Positions 51,982 to 61,220 of a DNA stretch of 64,000 bases are shown one piece after another. The translations under genes were made by a program, and so were the position numbers. This DNA comes from Phormidesmis sp. (lineage in GTDB: Bacteria > Cyanobacteriota > Cyanobacteriia > Leptolyngbyales > Leptolyngbyaceae): contig CBDFJR010000005.1 of assembly GCA_965248535.1 (NCBI GenBank), positions 2,144,001 to 2,208,000 of the forward strand. The letters are read 5' to 3'. The notes beneath the pieces were generated by a model, which was not told where the DNA came from, ran no database searches, and was given only the letters and a program-made list of their open reading frames with translations. Every line of letters begins with the position of its first letter. Position 1 is the stretch's first letter.

Positions 51982-52770
51982 ATGGTGACTCACACGACTG
52001 AGACGGTTCACACGGCTTCTGCCCGATCGTGGGTTTACCAGCCGCCAGCGTCGGCTTATGGTGCTCGGCGCATTTTGGTTAAACCTAACTTGGGCTATCC
52101 TGTTGGGCCGCCTGTGACGGTGAGTATGGAGGTTTTGGGTCACGTCTTAAAGGCGCTGCGTCAAGCTAGCCCTAATGCTGAAATTCTAATCGTAGAGGGG
52201 GTTTGCTCTCCGGTGAGTTTGGCTGACATCGCGGCAAAAAATGGATTTTATGGGCTGCTCGATGAAGGGATGCAGCTTTTAGATGCCGACACGCTGCCGA
52301 TCGTTGAATATACCAATCGATCCCCAAATCCGGTGCGCTTTAGCAAAATGTGGGCCCCTGCTCTACTGCAAGAAGTCGATTGTCGGATTACGATCGGCAC
52401 ACTCAAACGAACGGTCTTGAAAGACGAAGCCTTAATTTCTGCTTCGCTTAAGAATTTATATGGACTGTTTCCGCGATCGAAATATAAAGCTCGTAGCGCC
52501 AACTCACGGGGACAGCTTCATCGCCCCTCAGTGCCCCAAGTGTTGCAGGATGTCTATTTTTGCATCGGGCATCTGTTTGACGGAGCCGTCGTGGATGGCG
52601 ATCGCCGATTAATTAGCCCTGACTGGAAGCCTGATAAAGGTCAGACGGTTGCGTTAGAGAAAGTTTTTTTTGGCGACGATCTGATCTCGGTCGATCGAGT
52701 GGCCTGTCAGACCGCCGGAGAAGAGATTCCGAGTTATTTAGAGGCGATCGAGCAGCTACGATCGTGCTGA
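51982..52770 (+). CDS. DUF362-domain protein
   Basis: ILVKPNL, IVEG, SLKNLYG and D.VSVD-like motifs. Confidence 0.82.
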   Translation: MVTHTTETVHTASARSWVYQPPASAYGARRILVKPNLGYPVGPPVTVSMEVLGHVLKALRQASPNAEILIVEGVCSPVSLADIAAKNGFYGLLDEGMQLLDADTLPIVEYTNRSPNPVRFSKMWAPALLQEVDCRITIGTLKRTVLKDEALISASLKNLYGLFPRSKYKARSANSRGQLHRPSVPQVLQDVYFCIGHLFDGAVVDGDRRLISPDWKPDKGQTVALEKVFFGDDLISVDRVACQTAGEEIPSYLEAIEQLRSC

Positions 52771-52810
52771 AGAGCGCAGATTAAATCTAGGGGTTATTTG
52801 CAAAGATAAA

Positions 52811-52835
52811 GGGCACAGCGGTGCTATGCCCTTAC
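52811..52835. repeat. REP-like palindrome
   Basis: gggcacagcggtgctatgcccttac. Confidence 0.6.
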
Positions 52836-52866
52836 GGGGTTTTACTCAGGATGTGCTCCGTGGAGG

Positions 52867-53605
52867 TTAGGCTGCTACGCCTAGATATTCGGCTAACGCC
52901 TCAGACCCACCGATCAGTTTGCCATCGATAAACACCTGAGGGGCGGTGACGGCTCCGGTGATGGCGCGCAACGCTCTTAAGTTGGCATCGCGACCTAAGA
53001 CAATTTCTTCATAGTCCATGCCGTGGTCAGTCAACATGGCCTTGGCGCGGGCGCAAAACGGACAGCCCTCTTTGACAAACAGAGAGACGACTTTGGGCTT
53101 TTCGGCTTGGGCGTTGATGTAGGCAAGCATCGTGTCAGCATCCGACACTTTAAAAGGGTCGCCTGGCTCTTCTGGCTCGATAAACATTTTCTCGATCAGG
53201 CCATTTTTGACCAGCATTGAATAGCGCCACGATCGCTTGCCAAATCCTAGATCCGACTTTTCGACCAGCATCCCCATGCCTTCGCTAAACTCACCGTTGC
53301 CATCGGGGATCAGGGTGATGTTGTCAGCTTCTTGGCTCTTAGCCCACTCGTTCATCACAAAGGTGTCGTTAACCGACACGCAGAGAATCTCATCAACGCC
53401 GTTGGACTTTGAAGGTTTTTGCCAACTCGTTATAGCCCGGCAAGTGAGTCGATGAGCACGTCGGTGTAAAGGCACCGGGCAACGAAAAAACGACGACCGT
53501 CTTGTTAGAAAACAGTTCATCGGTGGTCAGATCGACCCAGTGATTATTTTGCCGGGTGTGAAAAGTCACGTTAGGAACGCGCTGTCCTTCTCGGTTAGGC
53601 AACAT
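52867..53605 (-). CDS. Hybrid peroxiredoxin-glutaredoxin (Prx5-Grx); +1 frameshift near 53410
   Basis: [15 protein letters not shown], then [19 protein letters not shown] and CPFC Grx domain. Removing one A from TTCAAAGTCC gives FKSNGVDE. Confidence 0.9.
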
Positions 53606-53635
53606 AAAAGTTAGCTCCTCGACGGTTACTAGTAG

Positions 53636-53665
53636 AGCGTACTCGTAATGATTATGAGTTGTCAA
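53636..53665 (-). promoter_or_regulatory. Promoter with a PerR/Fur-like inverted repeat in the spacer
   Basis: TTGACA-N18-TACGCT, with the near-palindrome ACTCATAATCATTACGAGT (53641-53659). Confidence 0.6.
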
Positions 53666-53730
53666 GCGGATAGGAGAGGGTTTTTTGACTAAATCCTGTC
53701 AACAGTCCGAACGTCTTTAAAAATTAATCA

Positions 53731-54687
53731 TCAGTCCGCGATCGTGGATCTCGCTTTGCGAATCGGCAAGATCACCCGACCTGATAGACTCTGAAAATAA
53801 AGGCTGCCGATCGTGATCAAAAACACGCCATAGCCGATCGCCTGCACCAGATAGAGCCGCTGCGTATAGCCAAACAAAGCGTTGAAAATGACCCCAGGAA
53901 AGCGATCGTCGGGCAAGACTTTGCTGGCATTCCACACCATCGGGCCTAAAATGCAATCGCGGTCTTGAGGCTTAGCAAATCGCTCTTGAAAGAAGCACAG
54001 CCCTTCAGATTGGCGATCTAACTGCGCCAGGGTTTGCAAAGCGGTGTCAAAGTGCCCCAACGAGGTGACGACTAAGCCCGACACGATCAGCAGCAGCAAG
54101 GCCCCCATCACCATAAAAAACAGCCGCAGATTGAGCCTAACGCCCCATTTAAACAGCAAGGCTCCAATTCCCGCAGCGACAGCGATGCCGCTTAGTGCGC
54201 CCAAAGCCGGAACTAGACCCTGCTGAAACTTGGCCGCGATAAACAGCACCGTTTCAAACCCTTCTCGCAGCACGGCAAAAAAGATCAGCGCAAAAATGCC
54301 CCACCCAGCCCCGGCTCGATTGCTGAGAGCAGACCCGATCGCGCCCTCAACGTTGGACTTCATCATTCGGGCGTTTTGGGTCATCCACACCAGCATCCAG
54401 CTTAAAAACCCGATCGCCAGTAGGCTAAAAACGGCTTCTAGCAGTGGCTCAATCACCGGAGAATATTTTTGATTGACCGTGCCCAAGTTGGCGATCAGCC
54501 AGCCAAACAACTGCCCAATCACCGCGCTCACAAATAGACCAACGGCGACCCCGCCATAAACCCACGAATTTAAATCGGTCTGCTTGGCTTTTTTGAGATA
54601 AGCCAGCACGATGCCAACAACAAGCGCCGCCTCAACGCCCTCTCGGAGGGTAATCACAAACGTCGGTAATGCAGAACTAAAATCCAT
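53731..54687 (-). CDS. FTR1/EfeU-family iron permease
   Basis: Two RExxE motifs (REGVE, REGFE) and multiple TM segments. Confidence 0.93.
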   Translation of the reverse strand: MDFSSALPTFVITLREGVEAALVVGIVLAYLKKAKQTDLNSWVYGGVAVGLFVSAVIGQLFGWLIANLGTVNQKYSPVIEPLLEAVFSLLAIGFLSWMLVWMTQNARMMKSNVEGAIGSALSNRAGAGWGIFALIFFAVLREGFETVLFIAAKFQQGLVPALGALSGIAVAAGIGALLFKWGVRLNLRLFFMVMGALLLLIVSGLVVTSLGHFDTALQTLAQLDRQSEGLCFFQERFAKPQDRDCILGPMVWNASKVLPDDRFPGVIFNALFGYTQRLYLVQAIGYGVFLITIGSLYFQSLSGRVILPIRKARSTIAD

Positions 54688-54765
54688 GAGTCGCTGTTAA
54701 GAAGTAGTGGGGTGATTGAACACTGAAGGGACGATCGTTGAGTCCATCCCCTTATTATTGATAGG

Positions 54766-55779
54766 TCAGGAGGATTTTGCAGTCTTCTGAACGGTTTGCT
54801 CGATCGTTTTAATCAGCTTAGAGACTTCGACGGGCGTTTTGACCGGGGCAGATGGAGGTAAGACAGAGGGCCAAACCTTGATTAAATCAGCCATCGTTGT
54901 CTGGATTGTGGTATCTGCTGCGGCTTTGTTTTTTGACATTTGGGGCCCGATCGCTTTATAAAGCTCGCTGGCATAGGTCACAAACCCGCGAGAGTCTTGA
55001 TATTCGATCGCCTGAGCGATCTTGCCATCGGCAACGGCGGCCCCATATTCTGAACTGGCGGTGTCTAATAACCCCGTCACCACTTGCAGCACAAAGTCAG
55101 ATGAGGAGCGCTGAGTGTTGGGCAGGGCCGCGATCGCGCCATCAACTGCTTGCATCGCCGTCTTAAACTCTGTGCCCACTTTGTTAGCATCTTTTGCGCC
55201 CGCCTTGACGGTATCTTGCAGGGCAATCAACGTTGTCTTAAATTCTTTGATGCTGCGCTCGTTGAGTTGGTCTTCGACATCGGCGTAGATCTCTTCAACC
55301 GGGTGCCCAATATGGGGTTCGGCTTGAGCGGGCTTTTGCAGATCTAATAGCTCTTTTGCAACTAGCAGGTGCCCTTTCATTAGCCCTAGCTTGGTCATAT
55401 AGTCTACGTCTTTTGCTTCGCCCGTCAGCTTGATGTCTTCGATCGTCACCAAGTCTTTGATCTGATCAAATTGCCCGGCGGTGATCACCTTTTTAGTGAC
55501 CAATTCATCGACTTTTGCGTAGGGGCGGCTTGCCTGAATGCGGTTAGACAAAGCCGGAACCCCCAGCGTTGCCTCAATTTTGTCTAACTCAGACAGAATT
55601 GCATTGTTGATATTGATCTTGGGCTTGCCGCCGTGCATTGAGTGAGACGACATCTCTGATTGAGCCACAGGACTCACGGGCGCAGACGGGCTTGGCGCAG
55701 AAGTCTGCTGACTGCACGCAATCAACACAGACAAACTGAACGCTGAAACGAACAAAGTGAGGAAACGAAAGACAGACAT
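54766..55779 (-). CDS. Lipoprotein with an HhH-like domain and a His/Glu helical domain, a putative periplasmic iron component
   Basis: Lipobox LIAC; ININNA...RPY HhH-like segment; MKGHL, PHIGHPVEE and EYQDSRGF motifs. Confidence 0.75.
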   Translation of the reverse strand: MSVFRFLTLFVSAFSLSVLIACSQQTSAPSPSAPVSPVAQSEMSSHSMHGGKPKININNAILSELDKIEATLGVPALSNRIQASRPYAKVDELVTKKVITAGQFDQIKDLVTIEDIKLTGEAKDVDYMTKLGLMKGHLLVAKELLDLQKPAQAEPHIGHPVEEIYADVEDQLNERSIKEFKTTLIALQDTVKAGAKDANKVGTEFKTAMQAVDGAIAALPNTQRSSSDFVLQVVTGLLDTASSEYGAAVADGKIAQAIEYQDSRGFVTYASELYKAIGPQMSKNKAAADTTIQTTMADLIKVWPSVLPPSAPVKTPVEVSKLIKTIEQTVQKTAKSS

Positions 55780-55867
55780 AATCTTATCCAGGTGAGAGCG
55801 GTTTAGGGTTTAGGTCTAACTAAGAGCAAAAGGGGCATCAGAAAATCGGGGCTAGAGAAAATCACTT

Positions 55868-55886
55868 AATGAAAATAATTGCTATT
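55868..55886. promoter_or_regulatory. Fur-box-like site
   Basis: AATGAAAATAATTGCTATT upstream of the lipoprotein/FTR1 genes. Confidence 0.65.
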
Positions 55887-55986
55887 AATTGAAGTGAGCG
55901 CTATTGTCACCCTTTATGGGAATACTTGTCAATAACTCCTAATTACTTTTCCCTAATTTCTATCGGTTATCTCTAAAAAAGTCGGA

Positions 55987-56994
55987 TTAGGCCTTGTTGC
56001 CAATCACATCAAAAAAACCCATGCAGCCTGCTTCGGCAATGGTGTCTTGGTGCGGATGAAACATGAATTTTCCAGTGTTGTGATAGCTAAATTCAAGAAT
56101 GTGTCGCTCTGCCGTTCCCATTGTGATCACGTCGGTTTCATAACTGGGAGCGAGCGATCGCCCGGTTTGATTAACCCGAAACATATTGGCGTGGAGGTGA
56201 AACGTCGCGACGGGATCAAACTCAATCAGGTTCAGCACATAGAGCCGCACTAGCTGATCTTGCTGAATCGGGATCGGATTTTTCATGTAATAGTGGGGCA
56301 AGCCATTGAAGGCATATAGCTCGTTTTTTTGATCGTCGTTTACGTCATAGCCCGCCATAATCAGCACGATTTCGTCGGCAGGGGGGCGCGGCTGCGGCGG
56401 ATCGATGATAAACATTCCATATAAGCCTTTGCCGATGTGACGAGTCACCGGGGCAACATGGCAATGATAGAGATGCACCCCAAAGGGTTTGGCATCAAAC
56501 TCATAGATCATGACGCTGCCGTTTTTAACGGGCTTAATGCCATCCATATCAGCCGGATGGTCACCGTGAAAGTGCAGCGAGTGGGAGTGTCCAGCCCGGT
56601 TATAAAAAATGACTCGAATCCGATCGCCCTCAGTGGCTCGAAGGGTGGGGCCAGGCACTCGTCCGTTCAGGTTCCAAGTGATGAAGGTGTGAGCGTTGTC
56701 AAGCTTGAGGGTGGAAGTCTGGGCCTCGACTCGAAACTCGCGCACCGTGCGGCCGTTTTCTTGGGTGACCGTGCCATAGTCAAAGTCACGCAAGATGGAC
56801 ATCGGATCGTTGCTCGATCGGGCCTTTTCAACCGAGGGCAATGGCGGAATGATTACGGATGATCGCTCCCGCCCTGCTAAAAACCGAGTCGCAGCGATCG
56901 CGGATGCGGCCACGCCAGCCCCGCCGATCAGCCCCCACTGCAATAATTGACGACGATTAAGGCTGGATTTTTCTAGCCTTTTTTGATTTGACAT
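55987..56994 (-). CDS. Tat-exported two-domain multicopper oxidase (start MSNQKR)
   Basis: NRRQLL Tat motif; HSLHFHG, YHCH, FHLHA and MFHPH copper motifs. Confidence 0.9.
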   Translation of the reverse strand: MSNQKRLEKSSLNRRQLLQWGLIGGAGVAASAIAATRFLAGRERSSVIIPPLPSVEKARSSNDPMSILRDFDYGTVTQENGRTVREFRVEAQTSTLKLDNAHTFITWNLNGRVPGPTLRATEGDRIRVIFYNRAGHSHSLHFHGDHPADMDGIKPVKNGSVMIYEFDAKPFGVHLYHCHVAPVTRHIGKGLYGMFIIDPPQPRPPADEIVLIMAGYDVNDDQKNELYAFNGLPHYYMKNPIPIQQDQLVRLYVLNLIEFDPVATFHLHANMFRVNQTGRSLAPSYETDVITMGTAERHILEFSYHNTGKFMFHPHQDTIAEAGCMGFFDVIGNKA

Positions 56995-57073
56995 CGTGAC
57001 TGACGAGAACAGCGCAAGGGCTGCTCGATCGGCGCTAAGACTTACCTTTAGCAGCATAGAACTTCTGTCAGTT

Positions 57074-57092
57074 TTTAGCAAATATTCTCATT
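57074..57092. promoter_or_regulatory. Fur-box-like site
   Basis: Minus strand AATGAGAATATTTGCTAAA, closely matching the 55868 site. Confidence 0.6.
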
Positions 57093-57306
57093 AAGAGGCG
57101 TTTGCGCAAGAATCTAGCGCAGCATTCGCAGAGAAGCCTTTCTTAACAGCATCCTTTTAAGAATTTGTGGATTTGTGGATTTAATTCTGTCGGTGATTGG
57201 CAAAGATTTGAAATTTAGGGTTCTTCTAATTTCCTCACAAGTTCCTCAACTTCTGTTTTTACACTGTTTGTATAGTCCGTAAACAGATAGACAAGGAGAG
57301 ATTTAT

Positions 57307-57459
57307 ATGGCAGCTTTTAATAAACTTAACGATCTAAAAAAACAGATCGGTTCTGATTCGGCAAGTTGGGGATCTTTGGCAATTCTCGCGATCGGGATCA
57401 TCGTTTTGATGCTGCTAATGGTGTCTTACTCACACGCTGATACAGCCCTTTATCTGTAG
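57307..57459 (+). CDS. 50-aa single-TM small protein, not in the ORF track
   Basis: AAGGAG RBS; MAAFNKLNDLKKQIGSDSASWGSLAILAIGIIVLMLLMVSYSHADTALYL. Confidence 0.7.
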   Translation: MAAFNKLNDLKKQIGSDSASWGSLAILAIGIIVLMLLMVSYSHADTALYL

Positions 57460-57810
57460 ATAAATATGGACTAGATAACACTTGAGCGATCGCTGCTAGC
57501 AGTGGCGCTATAGACTGACGCGATCGTCAAAATCAGTTGCTAAATTCCTGGTCTGTTAGGCAGATAGGATGCAGACTCCACAAGAGACTTGGGTTTTGTG
57601 AAGGAGGCGTTTTGTCTGCCTAATTTCATGGCAAAAATCGGTTAGAAATCCCTGCAAAACTAAGTTTATAAAGATTCGTAAAACTGTCGGGATCTCGATC
57701 GAACTATCTCGTTAGAGGAACTACAGAAAATTAAAAAGCTAATTTTCTAGGACGATTAAATATCCGCTTTGTCTTATAAAACGGTTTCTAACTTATTTTT
57801 GACAGATTCC

Positions 57811-60800
57811 ATGAAACGATTACCAGACCTTAGAGGATCTGACTTTTCGGTAACTTCTGATCACACTGATACACGATTGGCTGACATTTTGCTCAGTCTA
57901 TTTCCTGAAGAACGATCGTGGGTTTTAGACTTGAGTCGATCGTTCAAAATTCGCGATATTCAACTGGGCGATGACTTGACTGAACTGTTAAGAAATGAGT
58001 CATCAGACGATCAGCATTTCTCGATCGTGTGTCAGGGTCGCGTGCGGTTGGTCAGCTTTGATCCAGCACATCAGCGAGACGTTCCGGTGGCGCTGCTCGA
58101 AGTTGGAGAAGGTTATGGCGCAGATGGGCAGTTTAGTTCTGATCCGTTGCCCTATCGAGCCATTGCGGCCAGTGCGGGGATGGTGGCTGAGATCCCGATC
58201 GCCGCCTTAGAACCCTGGCTACAACACCATTCTTCTCTGCAAAGTTATTGGCGCGATCGCACCTTAGCTCTACAGCGACTGATTTTCTTTAAGGTTTCGA
58301 CGGCGCTGCGATCGCAGTCTAGCCACGCGCTCAAACAACTGATGCCGTTGTTGACGGAGGTTGAGATTCCGGCTGGGTCGCGGCTAGCTCAAGCAACGCC
58401 TACTGCTGAGGGTCGCTTTTGGCTCCGCAGCGGTCAGATTCACAGTCAAGCTTCGCCCGCGCCAGCGATCGGAGCCGATTGGGGCTATCCCAACGCGATT
58501 CCAGACGACTGGATCGCCACGACTAATCTGTGGGTCTATCACCTCGCGGTGAGTCACTGGGAGACGGCTCAAGCGATTCTTCCGTCGCTAAAACTTGGGT
58601 CATCCCAGGGTGAACCGATCGTGCCTCAACGCAGCCATCAAAGAGCTTCTCGCACGATCTCGCCTCAGTCTCGCTCTGAGACTTCTAGCCGATCGAATTC
58701 GCTTCAGTCACCCTTACCGATTTCAGCCCAGCCAGCCGCGATCGAGTTTGCTAAACCCAGTCAACGTCGCAGATTTGGGCCGTCTTATCCGTTTATTTCG
58801 CAGCAGAGCAGTTCAGACTGCGGGGCGGCTTGTCTGGCGATGATCGCGCAATATTGGGGCAAGCGATTTAGTTTAAATATGCTCAGAAATCTGGCAGGAG
58901 TCGGACGATCGGGGGCATCGCTCAAAAGTCTCGCCCTCGCTGCTGAGAATTTAGGATTTCAGTCACGCCCAGTCCGATCGAGTTTTGGCCGTCTAGCCGA
59001 GCAATCGACCCCCTGGATCGCTCACTGGCAGGGCGATCACTACATTGTGGTCTATCGGGTGAGGCGAAATCGCGTGTTGGTGTCTGACCCGGCCCTGGGG
59101 CGACGATCGCTGACCATTCCCGATTTTCAGGCGAGTTGGACGGGCTATGCGCTGCTGCTCAACCCCACTGAGCTACTACAAGCGATGCCCTCGTCTAAGC
59201 CTTCGTTGGGGCGATTTTTGGGCGCGTTTATGCCCTATCGATCGATGCTGTGGTCGATCATTCTGGCCTCGATCTTGCTGCAAGTGTTTGGCTTAGTTAC
59301 GCCGCTGTTTACGCAGATTATTTTAGATCAGGTGGTCGTTCATAAAAGCTTGCCAACGTTGCAGGTGTTTATTATTGGACTGCTGCTGTTTGGGTTGTGG
59401 CGAATTGGCTTAACGTGCATCCGTCAATATCTATTAGATTTCTTTTCTAATCAGGTCGATTTGACGATGATCAGTAGCTTTATTAGTCACGCGCTTAACT
59501 TGCCTCTTCAGTTTTTTGTAACCCGCCATGTGGGTGACATCATCACACGAGTTCAAGAAAATCACAAGATTCAATTATTTCTAACTCGGCAAGCGGTGAC
59601 TGCGTGGCTAGACGCGATTATGGCGATCTTTTATGTCGGCTTAATGCTGCACTATAACTGGCAGCTAGCCTTGCTGGTGCTGGCATTGCTGCCGCCGATC
59701 GTGATCTTGACGGTGGTCGCGAGTCCGTTTTTGCGACAAACGTCGCGACAGATTTTTCATGAATCTGCTAAACAAAACTCAACGCTGGTAGAAATGCTAA
59801 CTGGGATTGCAACGGTTAAAGCGACAGCATCAGAGCGAGAACTGCGCTGGCAATGGGAAGACGATTTAACAGGATTATTCAACGCTCAATTTCGAGGACA
59901 GAAGCTTGCCAATGGTCTGCAAAGCATTGGAGCACTAATTAATATGCTAGGTAGCACAGCGCTGCTCTGGTATGGGGCAACGCTGGTGATTCAAGATCAA
60001 CTCAGCATTGGTCAATTCGTCGCCTTCAACATGATGATTGGCAGTGTGCTCAATCCGGTATTGTCTTTAGTGGGGCTATGGGATGAGTTTCAAGAAGTGT
60101 TGGTATCGGTTGAGCGATTGGATGATATCTTTAGCGCTGAACCGGAAGAAAGTCCCGATCGCCCGTTGCTCATTCTCCCGCACATCAAGGGCGACGTGAG
60201 CTTTGAAAATCTGACATTTCGCTATAACGCAGACGACGATCGCAACATTCTGCAAACCATTTCTTTTACCGCTCACGCTGGAGACACGATCGCCCTAGTC
60301 GGTCGCAGTGGTTCTGGCAAAAGCACCCTGGCAAACCTGATCCAGGGCTTGTATCAGCCCACCAGCGGACGGATCACGATCGACGGTAATGATCTGCGCC
60401 ATGTGTCTCCGCAATCGCTGCGTCAGCAGTTGGGCATTGTGCCTCAAGAATGCTTTCTGTTTTCGGGCACGATCCTAGACAACATCACCCTTTATCGACC
60501 GCAATATAGTCTCGAAGAAGTCTTAGATGCGGCAAAACTGGCCGAAGCTCACGCATTTATTCAGACGCTGCCGCTGGGATATCACACCAAAGTTGGCGAG
60601 CGAGGCACCTTGCTTTCTGGCGGGCAGAGACAACGCATCGCGATCGCTCGTGCCCTGTTGAGCAATCCGCGCATCCTGATTTTAGATGAAGCCACCAGTT
60701 CGCTCGATACCGAGTCAGAGCGCCGATTTCAGAAAAATTTGCAGCACATTAGCCGCCACCGCACCACCTTTATTATTGCCCATCGCCTCTCGACCGTTCG

Positions 60801-60921
60801 CAGCGCTGACTGCATTTTGGTGCTCGATCGCGGCATCCTCGTCGAGCAAGGCACCCATGATCAGCTTATCGCCAAAGGAGGACTCTATGCTCAACTGGCC
60901 CAACAGCAATTGGATCTTTAA
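57811..60921 (+). CDS. HetC-like peptidase C39-containing ABC exporter with a cNMP-like N-terminus
   Basis: QQSSSDCGAAC, GDHY and VSDP (C39 triad), TM domain, GRSGSGKS, LSGGQ and DEATS motifs. Confidence 0.93.
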   Translation: MKRLPDLRGSDFSVTSDHTDTRLADILLSLFPEERSWVLDLSRSFKIRDIQLGDDLTELLRNESSDDQHFSIVCQGRVRLVSFDPAHQRDVPVALLEVGEGYGADGQFSSDPLPYRAIAASAGMVAEIPIAALEPWLQHHSSLQSYWRDRTLALQRLIFFKVSTALRSQSSHALKQLMPLLTEVEIPAGSRLAQATPTAEGRFWLRSGQIHSQASPAPAIGADWGYPNAIPDDWIATTNLWVYHLAVSHWETAQAILPSLKLGSSQGEPIVPQRSHQRASRTISPQSRSETSSRSNSLQSPLPISAQPAAIEFAKPSQRRRFGPSYPFISQQSSSDCGAACLAMIAQYWGKRFSLNMLRNLAGVGRSGASLKSLALAAENLGFQSRPVRSSFGRLAEQSTPWIAHWQGDHYIVVYRVRRNRVLVSDPALGRRSLTIPDFQASWTGYALLLNPTELLQAMPSSKPSLGRFLGAFMPYRSMLWSIILASILLQVFGLVTPLFTQIILDQVVVHKSLPTLQVFIIGLLLFGLWRIGLTCIRQYLLDFFSNQVDLTMISSFISHALNLPLQFFVTRHVGDIITRVQENHKIQLFLTRQAVTAWLDAIMAIFYVGLMLHYNWQLALLVLALLPPIVILTVVASPFLRQTSRQIFHESAKQNSTLVEMLTGIATVKATASERELRWQWEDDLTGLFNAQFRGQKLANGLQSIGALINMLGSTALLWYGATLVIQDQLSIGQFVAFNMMIGSVLNPVLSLVGLWDEFQEVLVSVERLDDIFSAEPEESPDRPLLILPHIKGDVSFENLTFRYNADDDRNILQTISFTAHAGDTIALVGRSGSGKSTLANLIQGLYQPTSGRITIDGNDLRHVSPQSLRQQLGIVPQECFLFSGTILDNITLYRPQYSLEEVLDAAKLAEAHAFIQTLPLGYHTKVGERGTLLSGGQRQRIAIARALLSNPRILILDEATSSLDTESERRFQKNLQHISRHRTTFIIAHRLSTVRSADCILVLDRGILVEQGTHDQLIAKGGLYAQLAQQQLDL

Positions 60922-61220
60922 TCTCAGAATCTCTAACGTCAGAGCTAATCAATAATAAAATCTGTGAATATTCTCGAATTAGTGATTTGAAGAACACTAC
61001 CATGAAGATCAGAAGTAACGCTACTAAATATTTCTAGCACCAAGATAAGGCAAGTCTAAGACACAGGGGTTACGCTACCAGACTCACTAAATCTCCACAC
61101 CAGCGATCGCTTGTAAAGAACTGTTAAAACGCTTCGATTATATCAAGGCCGTGATTTTTTAATCGGCCCTTGAATCAGTTCTCTAACAAGCGGCTGATCC
61201 TCATACCCCTTTGAACTACC

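Noticed and set aside
60922..61220. Bacteriocin precursor or NtcA site between the ABC exporter and HlyD genes
   Set aside because: Only very short ORFs without a GG leader, and no clean GTA-N8-TAC site was found by eye.
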